A stretch of DNA of 64,000 nucleotides from the human T2T-CHM13v2.0 reference genome, Homo sapiens. The notes beneath the pieces are model-generated. The model saw only the letters and a list, made by a program, of their open reading frames with translations, did no database searches and was not told the DNA's origin. The DNA is taken from the NCBI RefSeq assembly GCF_009914755.1, contig NC_060948.1. The stretch is one strand, 5' to 3'. Below are positions 1-11,729 of this stretch, in pieces (the stretch's first letter is position 1; each line of letters begins with the position of its first letter). The position numbers and the translations under genes are program-made.

Positions 1-293
1 ATTCTTAACTAATATTTTTTACAAAATCAGGGAGCATAATTTGAAGAACACATTTGATTCTTTAGCAGAAAAAGCTCTAATTTCATAAAAACATATTAGA
101 GAATTTTAAAAATAAGCACAGCTTATGAAACACAGACAATATAAATATAACAGTCATAGTTTCTCAGCGATTTTAGCCACATTATAAAAATGTACTTACC
201 ACAAATTCTTTTAAAGAACAATAATTGCAGAGAGAAAAACCGTAGCTGCTATCAGAATCTTCAAACTATTAGTAATTAATAATTAGAATTTAC

Positions 294-556
294 CTCACTG
301 TTCTGCTTCTCATCTTCAAACAATCATTATCTATATTTTTACCTATGCATTCAATTGCAAGAATACTGTTTTCAGTGTGGGGGGAAACACATACACACAC
401 GTATGTATATCTATAACATATATATAGATATATATGGCTGCTGGATCACAGCATTCATATGATAAGTAGCACCAGCATTTTTGAGTCCCGCAAATATTTC
501 TGGCAGGTGAGATCTAACAGAGAGCAGATATTCCCACTCAAAAAGTGCTTCACAAC
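294..556 (-). pseudogene. USP9YP: USP9Y-like pseudogene exon, USP catalytic Cys box (copy A)
   Basis: Translates [40 protein letters not shown]...ENSILAIECIG...EDEKQNSE versus recalled USP9 [39 protein letters not shown]...DEKQDSE. Acceptor tctcag| and donor GAG|gtaaat are present. The catalytic Cys is replaced by Tyr, and a (TA)/(CA) microsatellite lies inside the exon. Confidence 0.93.
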
Positions 557-1679
557 CTGAGATCAGAAGAAAAAACAATGCTTGTACTATGAAAATCATA
601 ATTCTGCCCACTCTTCTTTCCATCACGTGACAAATTAATATTGATGACAACTCATTTGTCATCACAGCCATTTTGAAAGAGTACTTTGAATTTTCATACT
701 AACAATAAATCAAGTGACCATTACAGATTTTTAACTTCAGACCCCTTAGGTACATAGTTTAATGCCATCACATCTGTTTGTTTTTTTAAAAAAGGGTTTA
801 TTTTAAAAACTGTCTTTTGAATATATATATACATATATAAACTATGTCAATTCAATTGTTAAATAAATTAACATACAAGGTGTTTTTAAGAGGGAAACTC
901 TTCTCTTTACATAGATCTCACGAGACAAATAAAGATCTGACTTTTTAAGTGGTGAGTTTAGCTAGAAACTCCTACAATATGCTAGAAAATATACTCGCCC
1001 AGAGAAAAACGTAAACAAATAGAATTTCACATTCATCAATTAAAGATCTGTACAGAATGCTGTTGTTAACTGTATTATTAATCCTTGGTTTTCTCTTGAA
1101 ATAAGCTGAATTTTGTTATCATTTGCTCATTTACTTATATTAACTCACAGGCTGAGTTTCTGTTCTGTGTAAGATTTGAACATTGATACTTACTTTGTTG
1201 GACTTATGTGGACATTTAGAAGTAATAAAATTCACTCAAAAGTTTTCTTCTCACATTATGATTTTTAAAGCCATACCTCTCTTAGAATTTAACTAAAATA
1301 ACATTAAGTAACTTCGAGGTTTGGGTTATAAAAATCATTTTAATGCATACATTTTAAATATAAAATTTGGACCATTAAATTTGGCTTCTGGATACTCTGA
1401 GGTTTCAGTATTTTTTAACATGGGATTCAATAAAACCCACTTTGGTTACCAACACCAAGTATAGGGGAGCACTTAAGAAATACATATATTTTTTTAAATT
1501 TAATATTGTCTGACATAAACGGTTTTAAATATATACCTGATGGCTACAAAATGTTAAACTAGTTGATCAAAAGCAAACAAGCAAGAAAACTATGAGTTAA
1601 TTCCTTCTAAATAAAAAGTAGACTTTCAAAGTAAACTATTATTCCTGAAGAAAAACAGCTTTATAATGTAAAAATTCAC

Positions 1680-1903
1680 TAGTTGTTGCTTTCTCTCTGT
1701 AATATATTGCATTCAAACAGTCTACTATCTTTTTAAGGTTCTTTACACAGCCAATAGCTGGTGCTACAAGCAGATCAAAACCAGGATTGATGGTAATGGA
1801 AGAGGAACAGACTGGAAGAGCTGGCTCTTCTGGCAGTTTTTTTATTTCTTAGACATTACAGTTAAACTTTTGATGCAGGGAAGACAACAACATCAATTAA
1901 TTC
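1680..1903 (-). pseudogene. USP9YP: USP9Y-like pseudogene exon, ELIDD...TAITT exon (copy A)
   Basis: Translates [66 protein letters not shown], matching USP9 ELIDDFIFPAS.VYLQY...CVRNLKQIVD.LTEMYY. It has two in-frame TAA stops, and the acceptor is mutated to AA. Confidence 0.92.
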
Positions 1904-2347
1904 TTGGTAAGTTAGAAAAATAAATCACAGGTTATTAGTAGAAAACATATGTTATGAAAAATATGTCTTTTCAAGAAAATACTTTTATGTTTATTTGACA
2001 TAATTAAAATCTCATTATATTTTGAAACAATTTTGAATTTTGTTCCAAAGAAAAATCATTTCAAAAAACCCAAGAACAGTCAATGCATGTAATTCATTTC
2101 CAAAATTAGATTATTGAAGAAATTTCTAAAACCTGAGAACTTTACCCAAAACAAAAATAGCATTCTAAATTAACCTACTTTTTAAATTACATATTAATGG
2201 AAATAAATTTATTTTCAATAATAATAAGGCATTAAAGTTACATTATTTTTCTTGAATTACGAAACATATAAAGAAAAACATCAAAAATATGATATAAAAA
2301 ATAAGTTTTTGCAAGATGAATGTTTTCTCAATTAGAAATTCAATCAA

Positions 2348-2625
2348 GGGACAGGTGTGGTGGCTCACATCTGTAATTCCAGCACTTTTGGAGGCCAAGG
2401 CAGGCAGCATACTTGAAGCCAAGAGCTTGAGACAGGCCTGGCCAATATGGTGAAACCCCATCAGGTGTAGCGGTGCTCACCTGTAATCTAAGCTAATCAA
2501 GAAGTTCAGGCAGAATAATCACTTGAAACCGGGAAGCAGGGGGTTGCAGTGTGCCAAGATTGCACTGCTGTACTCCAGCCAAAGAGACAGTGTGAGATTC
2601 CTTTATAAAAATAAAAGAAAATAAA
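2348..2625 (+). mobile_element. Alu (diverged, central deletion)
   Basis: ggtgtggtggctcacatctgtaattccagcacttttggagg...A-rich tail. The same insertion is present at 19103-19385. Confidence 0.9.
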
Positions 2626-2772
2626 TTAAATCAATTAAGAATTGAGATATATTACTTATTTACTTTTCAATGTAGTTTCTGGCAACTTCGAATTGCAATT
2701 ACAAAAATGTCTTAAATAAAGTGTGGCACACATTTCAAAGTTACTGTAACCTCACCTCTACAAAAAGAAAGC

Positions 2773-3560
2773 TTTTTTTTTATTTAATGTATTCAATTTC
2801 ATTTTATATTAAGTTCCAGGGTACATATGCAGGGCATACTGGTTTATTTCATAGGTAAACTTTTCCGTGATTGTTCACTGCAACTATTAACCCATCACCG
2901 AGGTTATTCAGCCCCACATAAATAAGCTATTTATTCTGAAGGTCTTTTTTTCTCTGCCTCTGGACAGACCAAGTCGAAAGCTGTTCTGTGTGTCTTTAAT
3001 GTTCAGTGTGAACGTTTAATGATTGTGAACATGGAGTGCTTGTTTTTTCGTTTCTCTGTTAGTTTTCTGAGGATGATGGTTTCCAGCTTCATCCATCTCC
3101 CTTCAGAGAACATGATTTCTTTCATTTTAGTGGCTGCATATTATTTCATGATGTATATGTGCCATGCTTTCTTTATCTAGTCTGTTACTGATGGGCATTT
3201 GAGTTAATTCAATGTATTTGCTATTGTGATTAGTGCTGTAATAAACATACACATCCATGTATACTTAAAATAGAATGACTTATTTTGAAGGGGAGCTATG
3301 TACCCAGTAATGAAATTGCTGAGTCCAGTGGTATTTCTGGTTCTAAATATCTGATGAATTACTACACACTTTTCCACAATGTCCATACTGATTTACACTC
3401 CTAACAACAGTGTAAAAGCATTGCTATGTCTGCACTAACCCACTACCATCTGTTGTTTCCTGGCTTTTTAGTAATCTCCATTTTGTCTGGCCTCAGATGA
3501 TATCTCATTGTGATTCTGGTTTGCATTTCCCTAACAATTAGTGATGCCGACCATTTTGAG
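2773..3560 (-). mobile_element. L1 3' fragment (older primate L1)
   Basis: Poly-T followed by the reverse complement of an L1 3'UTR and ORF2 end (gggtacatatgcagg...tggctgcatattatttcatg...gatatctcattgtg). Confidence 0.85.
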
Positions 3561-3574
3561 TTAAATGTCTTCTG

Positions 3575-3664
3575 AAATGAAAGACACATAACTCTTTTCT
3601 TACCCCAGTGTGGCCTCTTTATATCTGCTAATCAGCACTCATTTCCCGGTGTTTTAACACTACC
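3575..3664 (-). pseudogene. USP9YP: USP9Y-like exon fragment, [10 protein letters not shown]...TKELL exon (copy A), cut off by an L1
   Basis: Acceptor cttttgcag| followed by degenerate GSVKTPGN...GHTGVRKEL. It is the expected upstream exon in the correct order and is paralogous to 63030-63121. Confidence 0.75.
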
Positions 3665-3779
3665 CTGCAAAAGAAAAAGTATTATAGGCTCAACTTATTA
3701 GATAGAGAAAATGACAGGATATTAGAACAGCAGAAAGTTAGAGAAAAATGAGATCTCATATAAAATTTCCACAAGTTTT

Positions 3780-3950
3780 TTCTTTTTTTTTTTTGACAGA
3801 GTTTCTCTGTTTTCATGCAAACTGTAGTGCAATGGTGCAATCTTGGCTCACTGCAACCTCAGCCTCCCCGGATCAAGCAATTCTCCTGCCTCAGCCTCCT
3901 CAGTAGCTGAGATTACAGGTGTCAGCCACCACACCCAGCTAATTTTTTCT
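3780..3950 (-). mobile_element. Alu (partial)
   Basis: Poly-T, ggctcactgcaacctcagcctcc...gtagctgagattacagg. Confidence 0.85.
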
Positions 3951-5502
3951 ATCATTGTCACATCAAATCTACAGCTAAGCATATGAAGAGATAATAAGTT
4001 ATCAGAAAAATGAAAAATCAAGCCACAATGAGATACAAGTTTATATTGAATAGAATGGACTGTAATGAGAAATAAATGACAGATGTTTTCAAATATATGG
4101 AAAAATTGGGAAACTCATCCAATTGCTATCGGGAACATGAAGTGAGGTTGCTCCTTTAGAAAACAGTCCAGTAGTTTCCCAAATAATTGGATGTACATTC
4201 AGCATATTTCCCAAAAATTAAGGTATATTTATGCCAATTTGTATAGGAATGTTTGTAGTAGCATTATTCACAATATAAATATTTCCATCAACTCCTGATG
4301 TGGAGGTGGACCTAGGCCAACACTACCCTTGCAGTGCATTCGCATCATACATTCCCTTACCATATATCTGATACAATTGATGCAAATTCATTTATTTCAT
4401 AGTGAAACCACCAAGATAAAGAATTTGGACAAAATACTGGAACTTTTTTCCATCAGTATGCTTGGTTTAAAAATAGGACAGAATATTAAACCTGTTTCAG
4501 AAATCTCAAGCTTAGGAAATGCCGGCATTTTAAAGAAAGGACACTCTGCCTTGGAAGGAGGCATTATCTTTATCTTTCATGGGTGTTTGTTATACATAGC
4601 CCCATTGAGGATAATCTACAGCACAAGGCTGTAAGTCACAAAGAGCCTCATATTGTATGAGTCCATTTATATGAAGTGTCTGTAGTAGGCAAATCCATAG
4701 TGACGGAAAATGTCTTATTGGATACCAAGGGCTTTAGGAAATGGGGAAGCTGGGATTTAATGGTAATGGGTGCAGTGGTATTTTTTTATTTATTTCAGGT
4801 GATGGAAATCTGTATTTAAAAAGTGGTGATATTTGTACACCTTTATGAATACCCAGAATATCATGGAATGTGTACTTTAAAATGGCTAATATGATAGTTT
4901 GTGCGTTATCTCTCAATTAAAAATGTGTTGAAACCTCAGTGAAAGTTTTGAGCACTACAAGCCTTAGCAGGAATGTAGATGCAAGTTAAACACACAGATA
5001 TGTGTTTAAAAGCAACTTAAAAGTACGAAATGGGCCCCAGTCACATAAAGTGGAAGGGAATTGAACAACTGAAAAACAATGTGAGGTAAACTCAAAATTG
5101 GAATTAAATATGAAAGAATGCTTTCTCCAGTCTACATAGCAAAAAGTGGAGGAAAAGGCCATGTAGTTGGATGATGCTTTCCTTATAAATAATGCCTCTA
5201 ACTATGCCCCTAAATGTTAAATCATTTTTTATAAGAAAGCGAAACTCAGAATCTGGAAAGAAGTCAGGAATATCAGCATTAAATTATAAATTGTTCAGCA
5301 TACACCTGAAGAATTTAATTTACCTTTTAATTCTTGTTATACATAAATAGAATCACACAGAATTATCTAGTTTGTTAATAAAACCAGCAGGATAAATAAT
5401 TGCTTAACCTTTTATTGCTTCAATCTCCACAGTTTAATAAGAAGACCAAATAATAAGTCTGTTGCAGAAATTATGTCTATGAATCTTTTAGAATAGAGAT
5501 CA

Positions 5503-5826
5503 TGCCAGGCATGGTTAATCACACCTATAATTGAAAGAATACAGGGGGTCCAAGGCGGGTGGACAACCTGAGGTCAGGAGTTTGAGACCAGCCTGGCCAG
5601 CATGGTGAAATCCCGTCTGTACTAAAAATGTCAAAAAAAAAAAAAACATCAAAAAAGAACTGCCAGTTGGGCTGGCAGTCCCCTGTGTTCCCAGCTACTC
5701 AGGATGTTGACACAGGAGAATTGCTTGAACTTGAGAGGCAGAGGTTGCAGTTAACTGAGATCCTGTCACTCCAGCTTGAGCAACAGAGCAAGACTTAATC
5801 ACACCCCACTGCAGGCCAAAAATAGG

Positions 5827-5865
<39 letters not shown>

Positions 5866-5870
5866 GAAAA
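5503..5870 (+). mobile_element. Alu with (TAAA)n tail
   Basis: gaggtcaggagtttgagaccagcctggcc, with a (taaa)n array at ~5827-5865. Confidence 0.88.
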
Positions 5871-6314
5871 AAGGATCAAATTAACTGCAAATATATCAGG
5901 TATTATTTACCCCAGTTCACCTGACAAAAGACAAAAATCCACATACTGATGGAACTTATATTTTGGCTTTAGTGGAAAGTAGTGACAATATCTAGTGATT
6001 TAATTTTAATTAAGAAGGACAAGGATGGTGGGTTTATTTACGGTGGAAGGTAGAAGATAACTAAAGGGGATGAGTGAATCAGATGAGAAATGTGGATGAC
6101 CTGTATCTGGGTGACGCAGGAGAAATAGGGAAAAGTGGTTAGATTGTGAACCTATTTTAAAAAGAAAACATGCAGAATTTGAGGATTAATAGAAAAGATG
6201 AGATGAAAATAAAAGCATCAAGGATGACCTTACAGTTTTAGGCCTTTGCAACAGGACGTGATTACTATCAGGTGAAATGGGAAACAATTCGGGAAGGTTA
6301 TTTGGAAAAAGCAT

Positions 6315-7401
6315 TGTTTCAGGAAGTCAGGAACCCCGAACAGAGGGACCTGCTGAAGCCATGGCAGATGAACATAAATTGTGAAGAGTTCATGGACATT
6401 TATTAGTTCCCCAAATTAACACTTTTATAATTTATTATGCCTGTCTTTACTGCAATCTCTGAACATAAATTGTGAAGATTTCATGGACACTTATCAATTC
6501 CCCAATCAATACCCTTGTGATTTCCTATACCTGTCTTTATTTTAATCTATTAATCCTGTCATTTAAGTAAGCTGAGGAGGATGTATGTCACCTCAGGACC
6601 CTGTGATGATTGCGTTAACTGTGCAAATTGTTTGTAGAGCATGTGTGTTTGAACAATGTGAAATCTGGGCACCTTGAAAAAAGAAGAGGATAACAGCAAT
6701 GTTCAGGGAACAGGGGAGATAACAAACTCTGACTGCCAGTGAGCCAGGCAGAACACAGCCATATTTCTCTTCATTCAAAAGCAAATGGGAGATATATTAC
6801 TGAATTCTTTTTCTCAGCAAGGAACATCCCTGAGAAAGAGAATGTGCCCCTGAGGAGAGGCCTCTGAAATGGCCGCTTTGGTGATGGCTGTCTTTTATGG
6901 TCATAGCTGAGGGAAGAAATAAGACCCGGTCTCCCATAGCACTCCCAGGCTTATTAGGACGAGGAAATTCCTGCCTAATAAATTTTGGTCAGACCGGTTG
7001 TCTGCTCTCAAACCCTGTCTCCTGACAAGATGTTATCAATGACAATGTGTGCACAAAACTTCACTTGCAATTTAAATTTTGCCCCGGTCTTGTGGTCCTG
7101 TGATCTCACCCTGCCTCCATTTGCCTTGTGATATCTTATTACCTTATGAAGCATGTGATCTCTGTGACTCAAACCCTATTCATACACTCCCTCTCCTTTT
7201 GAAAATAACTGTTAAAAATTTGCTGGCTTTGAAGCTTCTGGGGCATCACGGAACCTGCCAACATGTGAGGTCTCCCCCGGACACCCAGGTTTAAAATTTC
7301 TCTCTTTTGTACCCTTTCCCTTTATTTCTCAAAGAGGCCAACACTTAGGGAAAATAGAAAAGAACCTACGTGAAATATCAGGGGCTGAATTTCCTCCAAT
7401 A
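6315..7401 (+). mobile_element. MER11 solo LTR (HERV-K11/HML-8)
   Basis: Starts tgtttcaggaagtcaggaaccccgaacagagggacc and carries the duplicated gaacataaattgtgaaga unit. Ends aagaacctacgtgaaatatcaggggctgaatttcctccaata. The target-site duplication (TSD) is aagcat/gagcat. Confidence 0.88.
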
Positions 7402-7632
7402 GAGCATCAGAATTCAGTGTGTAGCCTTGAGATCAAATTGCCCGTTAAACATGAGTACATGTAATAGAGTCATATATGATTTGGGGTTTGGTAAGAGACT
7501 GGCTGGAATAACAATTTGGGAATCATAGTACCATGCAGAAATTGATTGTACAGGAAGACATAACTGAGAGATTGACAGTAAATTCATCAGGGATAGTTCA
7601 AGGAAGAGGGAGACTAAGAAATAACTCATATT

Positions 7633-7920
7633 TGGCCAGGCCTGGTGGCTCATGCCTCCAGTGGCTGCACTTTGGGAGCCTGAGGCAGGCAGACAGCTTG
7701 ATCCCAGGAACTCAAGACCAGCCTGGGATAATGGAAAGGCCCTGTTTCTACCAAAATTAGCTAGTCTGGGTGACCTGTAGTCACAGTCACCCAGGAGGAT
7801 GAGGTGGAAAGATCACTTGAGCCCAGGAAGTTGAGGCTGCAGTGAATTCTTGATTGCACCACTGAACTCCAGCCTGGACAACAGAGGCAGACCCTGTCTC
7901 AATAGACACACGAACAACAA
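7633..7920 (+). mobile_element. Alu (AluJ-like)
   Basis: ggccaggcctggtggctcatgcc...cacttgagcccaggaagttgaggctgcagtg. Confidence 0.85.
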
Positions 7921-9715
7921 AGACAAGAATTTTTGTTTTAAAACTATTATATTTGGCAAAAAGGAAGTTGATTATTTTAAATATAGTACATTTGATAGAT
8001 TGTTGGGGATGAAAGCCTGAATGGTAAAGGTAAGTGGAATTTTGAAATGAGAGCATATTATCAATGGTAAAAATATTCATCTGAAATTCAAGGTAACATT
8101 TTAAATTTAGCAGTTAGGGTGTCACTGATGACCTTTGAGAAAGGACCGTGACTTCACTGATGTGGGATAAAACCTGAGACAGAATAAGAACTGATCAAAA
8201 TCAAATAGCTAATAGAAATTCTGTGTGGAAATTAAAAGCAGACGAAAACATCAGTAACAAAAGAGACAGTTTTTGTTGTGGATCATAAAATATGGAGTTT
8301 GTTTTACATTTGCGATAAGGAAATCAGGGTAGTGAAGAAGAGAATAAAATAAATTACATGAAAGAGGAAAAGATCAATCATATTAATGGGTTGGGTCCAG
8401 GAGGATGTATTTTAAAATATGATAAAGGTTTTTTCTTTGTGTTTGAATAAATAAGTGCATGTAGATAAAGGTGTGATTTAGATCAGAGTAACCAACCACA
8501 GAAGTTGAGGAATTTAAAATTCTGCAGCATAAAACTTAACAAATTGGAGGAAAGCATATTTATGTTAAGTTATGAGAATCAAAGCAATGCAAAGAAAGTT
8601 CAGGAAATGAACATCTTATCAAATAAAATAAAATAGGTAACTTCTTGATTCTTCCCTCCCTCTTTTTAAAACTACTACTTCAGTTTTCCCCACTGATATA
8701 TTTTAACCAATGACCAACATCTTCTGGGGAAATATTATGCTTTCTCTCTTGTAATTTGCATTAGATTCTTACATATTTCATGTGTTTTTATTATATTAAC
8801 AACATTTTTAATCAGAAAAAGGTTTCTGTCTAAATTCGGTTTCAATATTTACTGTTGCCTTTTATCTTCCTTCTTATTCATGTTTGTTGAATATTGTTTC
8901 CCACAAATAATGGCTAATTGACCTTCACAATATATTAGTAATTTATCTGGCTGTTTGACTAGAAAGCACCTAATATGAGCTATTTGGCCTCCCCCCAACC
9001 CCCCAAGAAAAGAGATTTTAGATCTTCAATAACCATGCAAACTCTGGATTTCACATCTATATAAATTGAAACTTTACTTGATTCATAACTTCATAGCATT
9101 AAATCAAGCCAAGAAACAGTTTTTTATATGCAAAATGGCCATCGTCTAACAATAAGTGGAACTTACAGGGCTCACTGTTTTTTATTTCTTTCCTAATCAG
9201 AAATATCTGCTAGATATTTTTCTTAGTGTCATCATCATTAGAATTGGCTTAGACCTTGTGCTGTTTTGTTTTAGTCAATGTCAGCATCAGACAGTGGCTG
9301 AAGAGCACACACACACACACACAAACACACAAACTTATGAGAAATATACACCTTGTTTCATACTACTTGAAGACAGGACTATCATCTTGGCGTTAAGAGG
9401 TAGTTAAGGCCTCATAGAAGTTTTATTGTCTATTTCCTTAAAACACTGTTTGCTAAAGAAATAATATGTCAAGTTATTTGACATATTGACTAACTTATGA
9501 CAAATGCTTTAATTGACTAAATTATGTCAAGTGGTGGTTCAATATTTCCTAAACCAGACATAGATTTTTTTATCGTGATTAGTGATCCTTATTTACCTTT
9601 TTAGATTTTCCGTGAATACTGAATTATACAGAATCTTGTTTTCTTCTGTTTGGATCTGATACCAAATTATACTGGATGCACTGACAGAAGAGTACGAATT
9701 AGCAGCATGCTGAGA

Positions 9716-9995
9716 ATGGACACAGCGTTTGAAGAGACTAATAAATAAAGTACAGCTTTCCTTTCAGCATTCTCTGCTCAACTGTTCTCTGCTGTGGTGA
9801 GGCCACCTATGCTTTGTATAGGTTTGAAATTAATTGAAAAGCTATTGACATATTCTAATGTTATTTGCTATGAGCTTTATTATTGTGGAGGTAATTTTGG
9901 ATCAAATTACCCTAAAGTTTTTCAGTAAAGACTTGAGGTGAAATAAAGCTGCATTACTTTTGTTGGCGCATTCTTCCTTTAGGACATATCATGAG
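9716..9995 (+). pseudogene. XKRYP: XKR3/XKRY-like pseudogene, first coding exon
   Basis: ATG at 9716: MDTAFEETNK*ST [deletion/frameshift] [33 protein letters not shown]...SFIIVEVILDQITLKFFSKDLR*NKAALL...ILPLGHIMR|gtaagt. Recalled XKR3 reads METVFEEMDEEST...[32 protein letters not shown]...[34 protein letters not shown]. It is absent from the ORF track because of the stops. Confidence 0.9.
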
Positions 9996-10994
9996 GTAAG
10001 TGACACAAATATCTCTCGTTCTCTGTTTCCAACAAGTAAATAAATATGAATAGTTCACTAACAAGATTAAGATGTGATCATCATTCTTCTAATAGAAATG
10101 TGTCCCTGTTTGTTTTTCACAATTCTGAATTATTTTCTATGCAATTTTTCAGTCTTAAGGTAATGATAGTTTTTAAAAAATGCAAATGCGATTAAGTCGG
10201 TCATTTTTTCTGTTTCTTTTAATATGATTCTCATTCAGCCTAATGAGCATTCTAAATAGTTATGAGGAATAGAAATATAACCTTAAATTAATGAATGAAA
10301 GTAGAGTGAGTGAGAAAAGACTATGGTTCAGAAATAATCTTGTAGATTTTATTTGTCAACTGATGTGATTTAATATGTTAGTGGTAGATTTTCTAGACTC
10401 CTTAAATTTGTAGCTGTGACTTTGAATATCAAAACATAGCTAAGCAACTCATTTCCATATGACTTCTATCTGTTACTATAGTGATTTACATGAGTACTAT
10501 AAATTTTGTAAGAACTAATTTCATTCAGATCTGCACTGACAGTTCCAAGAGAGTAAAATGTATAAAAATTATATACATTTTATAGATTTAGGAACCAATG
10601 GGGATAAGTGTTACCTTTCATTAAAAAGGTAAGTGAAGAAGTTTATAAACACATGCAAAAATATGCAACCTCACGATTTAAACTTCTTTGCAAATAAAAA
10701 TTAGTAATCGCAGGGACAGTTAGTAATACTAGCAGGGCAATAAACATTCCTGCAAAGCCAAAGAGTTAATTCCAGTGACAATGCATGAAGTGATTTTGGG
10801 CCGTACTCTGGAGCGAATTTAAGTTTAATTGACTGAATCTCCTGAAAGAAAAGGATTTAGGCAGAAACAACAAAAAAAATGAACAACACTTTAGCCAGTA
10901 AACTCAACAAGTAAATAAAACTCCTGGCAATATTAGAACCAATAAATCTCCATGTAGTAAATCTCCATGTACCTAATTTTGTTGCTATACTTGT

Positions 10995-11257
10995 TGTTTG
11001 GACAGTGTCTTGCTCTGTCGCCCAGGCTAGAGTGCAGTGGCATGATCTAAGCTCCTGCAACCTCCAACTCCCAGGTTCAAGGGATTCTCCTACCTCAGCC
11101 TCCTGAGTAGCTGGGGCTACAGGTGCACACCAGCACACCCAGCTAATTTTTACGTGTTTAGTAGAGATGGGGTTTCCCTATATTGGCCCTGCTGGTCTCA
11201 AGCTCCTGATCTAGTGATCCACCCACCTTGGCCTCCCATGTGCCATCGTACCTGGCC
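10995..11257 (-). mobile_element. Alu
   Basis: gtcttgctctgtcgcccaggctagagtgcagtggc...ccttggcctccca. Confidence 0.9.
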
Positions 11258-11353
11258 AACTTTTTCTTTTTTACAAGCCTAATTTAAGAAATTTTATAAA
11301 TTTCTTAAATTTACATTCTTTAATTTTATACATTTCTTAAATTTCTTAAAATA

Positions 11354-11580
11354 AGCCAAGCATGGTGGCTCACACCTTTAATCCCAGCACTTTGAAAGGC
11401 TGAGGTGGGCAGATCCCCTGAGGTTGGCGGTTCATGGCCAGCTTAGCGAACATGGTGAAATCCCATCTCTACTAAAAATACAAAACTAGCTGGGCACCCT
11501 GACTCATGCCTGTAATCCCAGCTATTCAGGAGATTGAGGCAGTAGAATCGCTTGAACCTGAGAGGGAGAGGTTGCAATTC
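11354..11580 (+). mobile_element. Alu (3'-truncated), followed by a (TA)/(CA) microsatellite to ~11710
   Basis: ggtggctcacacctttaatcccagcactttg...gaatcgcttgaacctg; (ca)n at 11625-11655. Confidence 0.85.
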
Positions 11581-11622
11581 TGTAATGAGGAGAAATGTTG
11601 AGAATATATATATATACAAACA

Positions 11623-11654
<32 letters not shown>

Positions 11655-11729
11655 GCCACACAGAGCCCACCCCCCCACACATACACACATCTGTTAGCTG
11701 TATATATATACTTTTGAAAACAGAAGATA

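Larger units (their letters stand above)
1..2730 (+). repeat. Segmental duplication unit, copy A (direct repeat of ~16766-19470); runs off the left edge
   Basis: Collinear with copy B over ~2.7 kb, e.g. attcttaactaatattttttacaa at 1 and 16766. Both copies share two USP9 exons and the same Alu insertion. Confidence 0.95.

Noticed and set aside
411-671. 86-aa ORF as a small deubiquitinase
   Set aside because: It is intron read-through into one USP9 pseudo-exon, the catalytic Cys is lost, and it ends in a microsatellite.
2243-2461. Short Alu-derived ORFs (also 10857, 18992, 23621, 24547, 29379, 49129, 54221)
   Set aside because: They are typical Alu translation artefacts.
3595-3606. GGG|gtaaga as a splice donor defining a short novel exon
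   Set aside because: It is USP9 coding sequence (G-V-R/T-K-E-L); homology continues through it.
4329-4634. 101-aa ORF in apparently non-L1 sequence
   Set aside because: It has no ATG start and no recognisable homology. It sits between old L1 pieces and may be an LTR fragment I could not assign.
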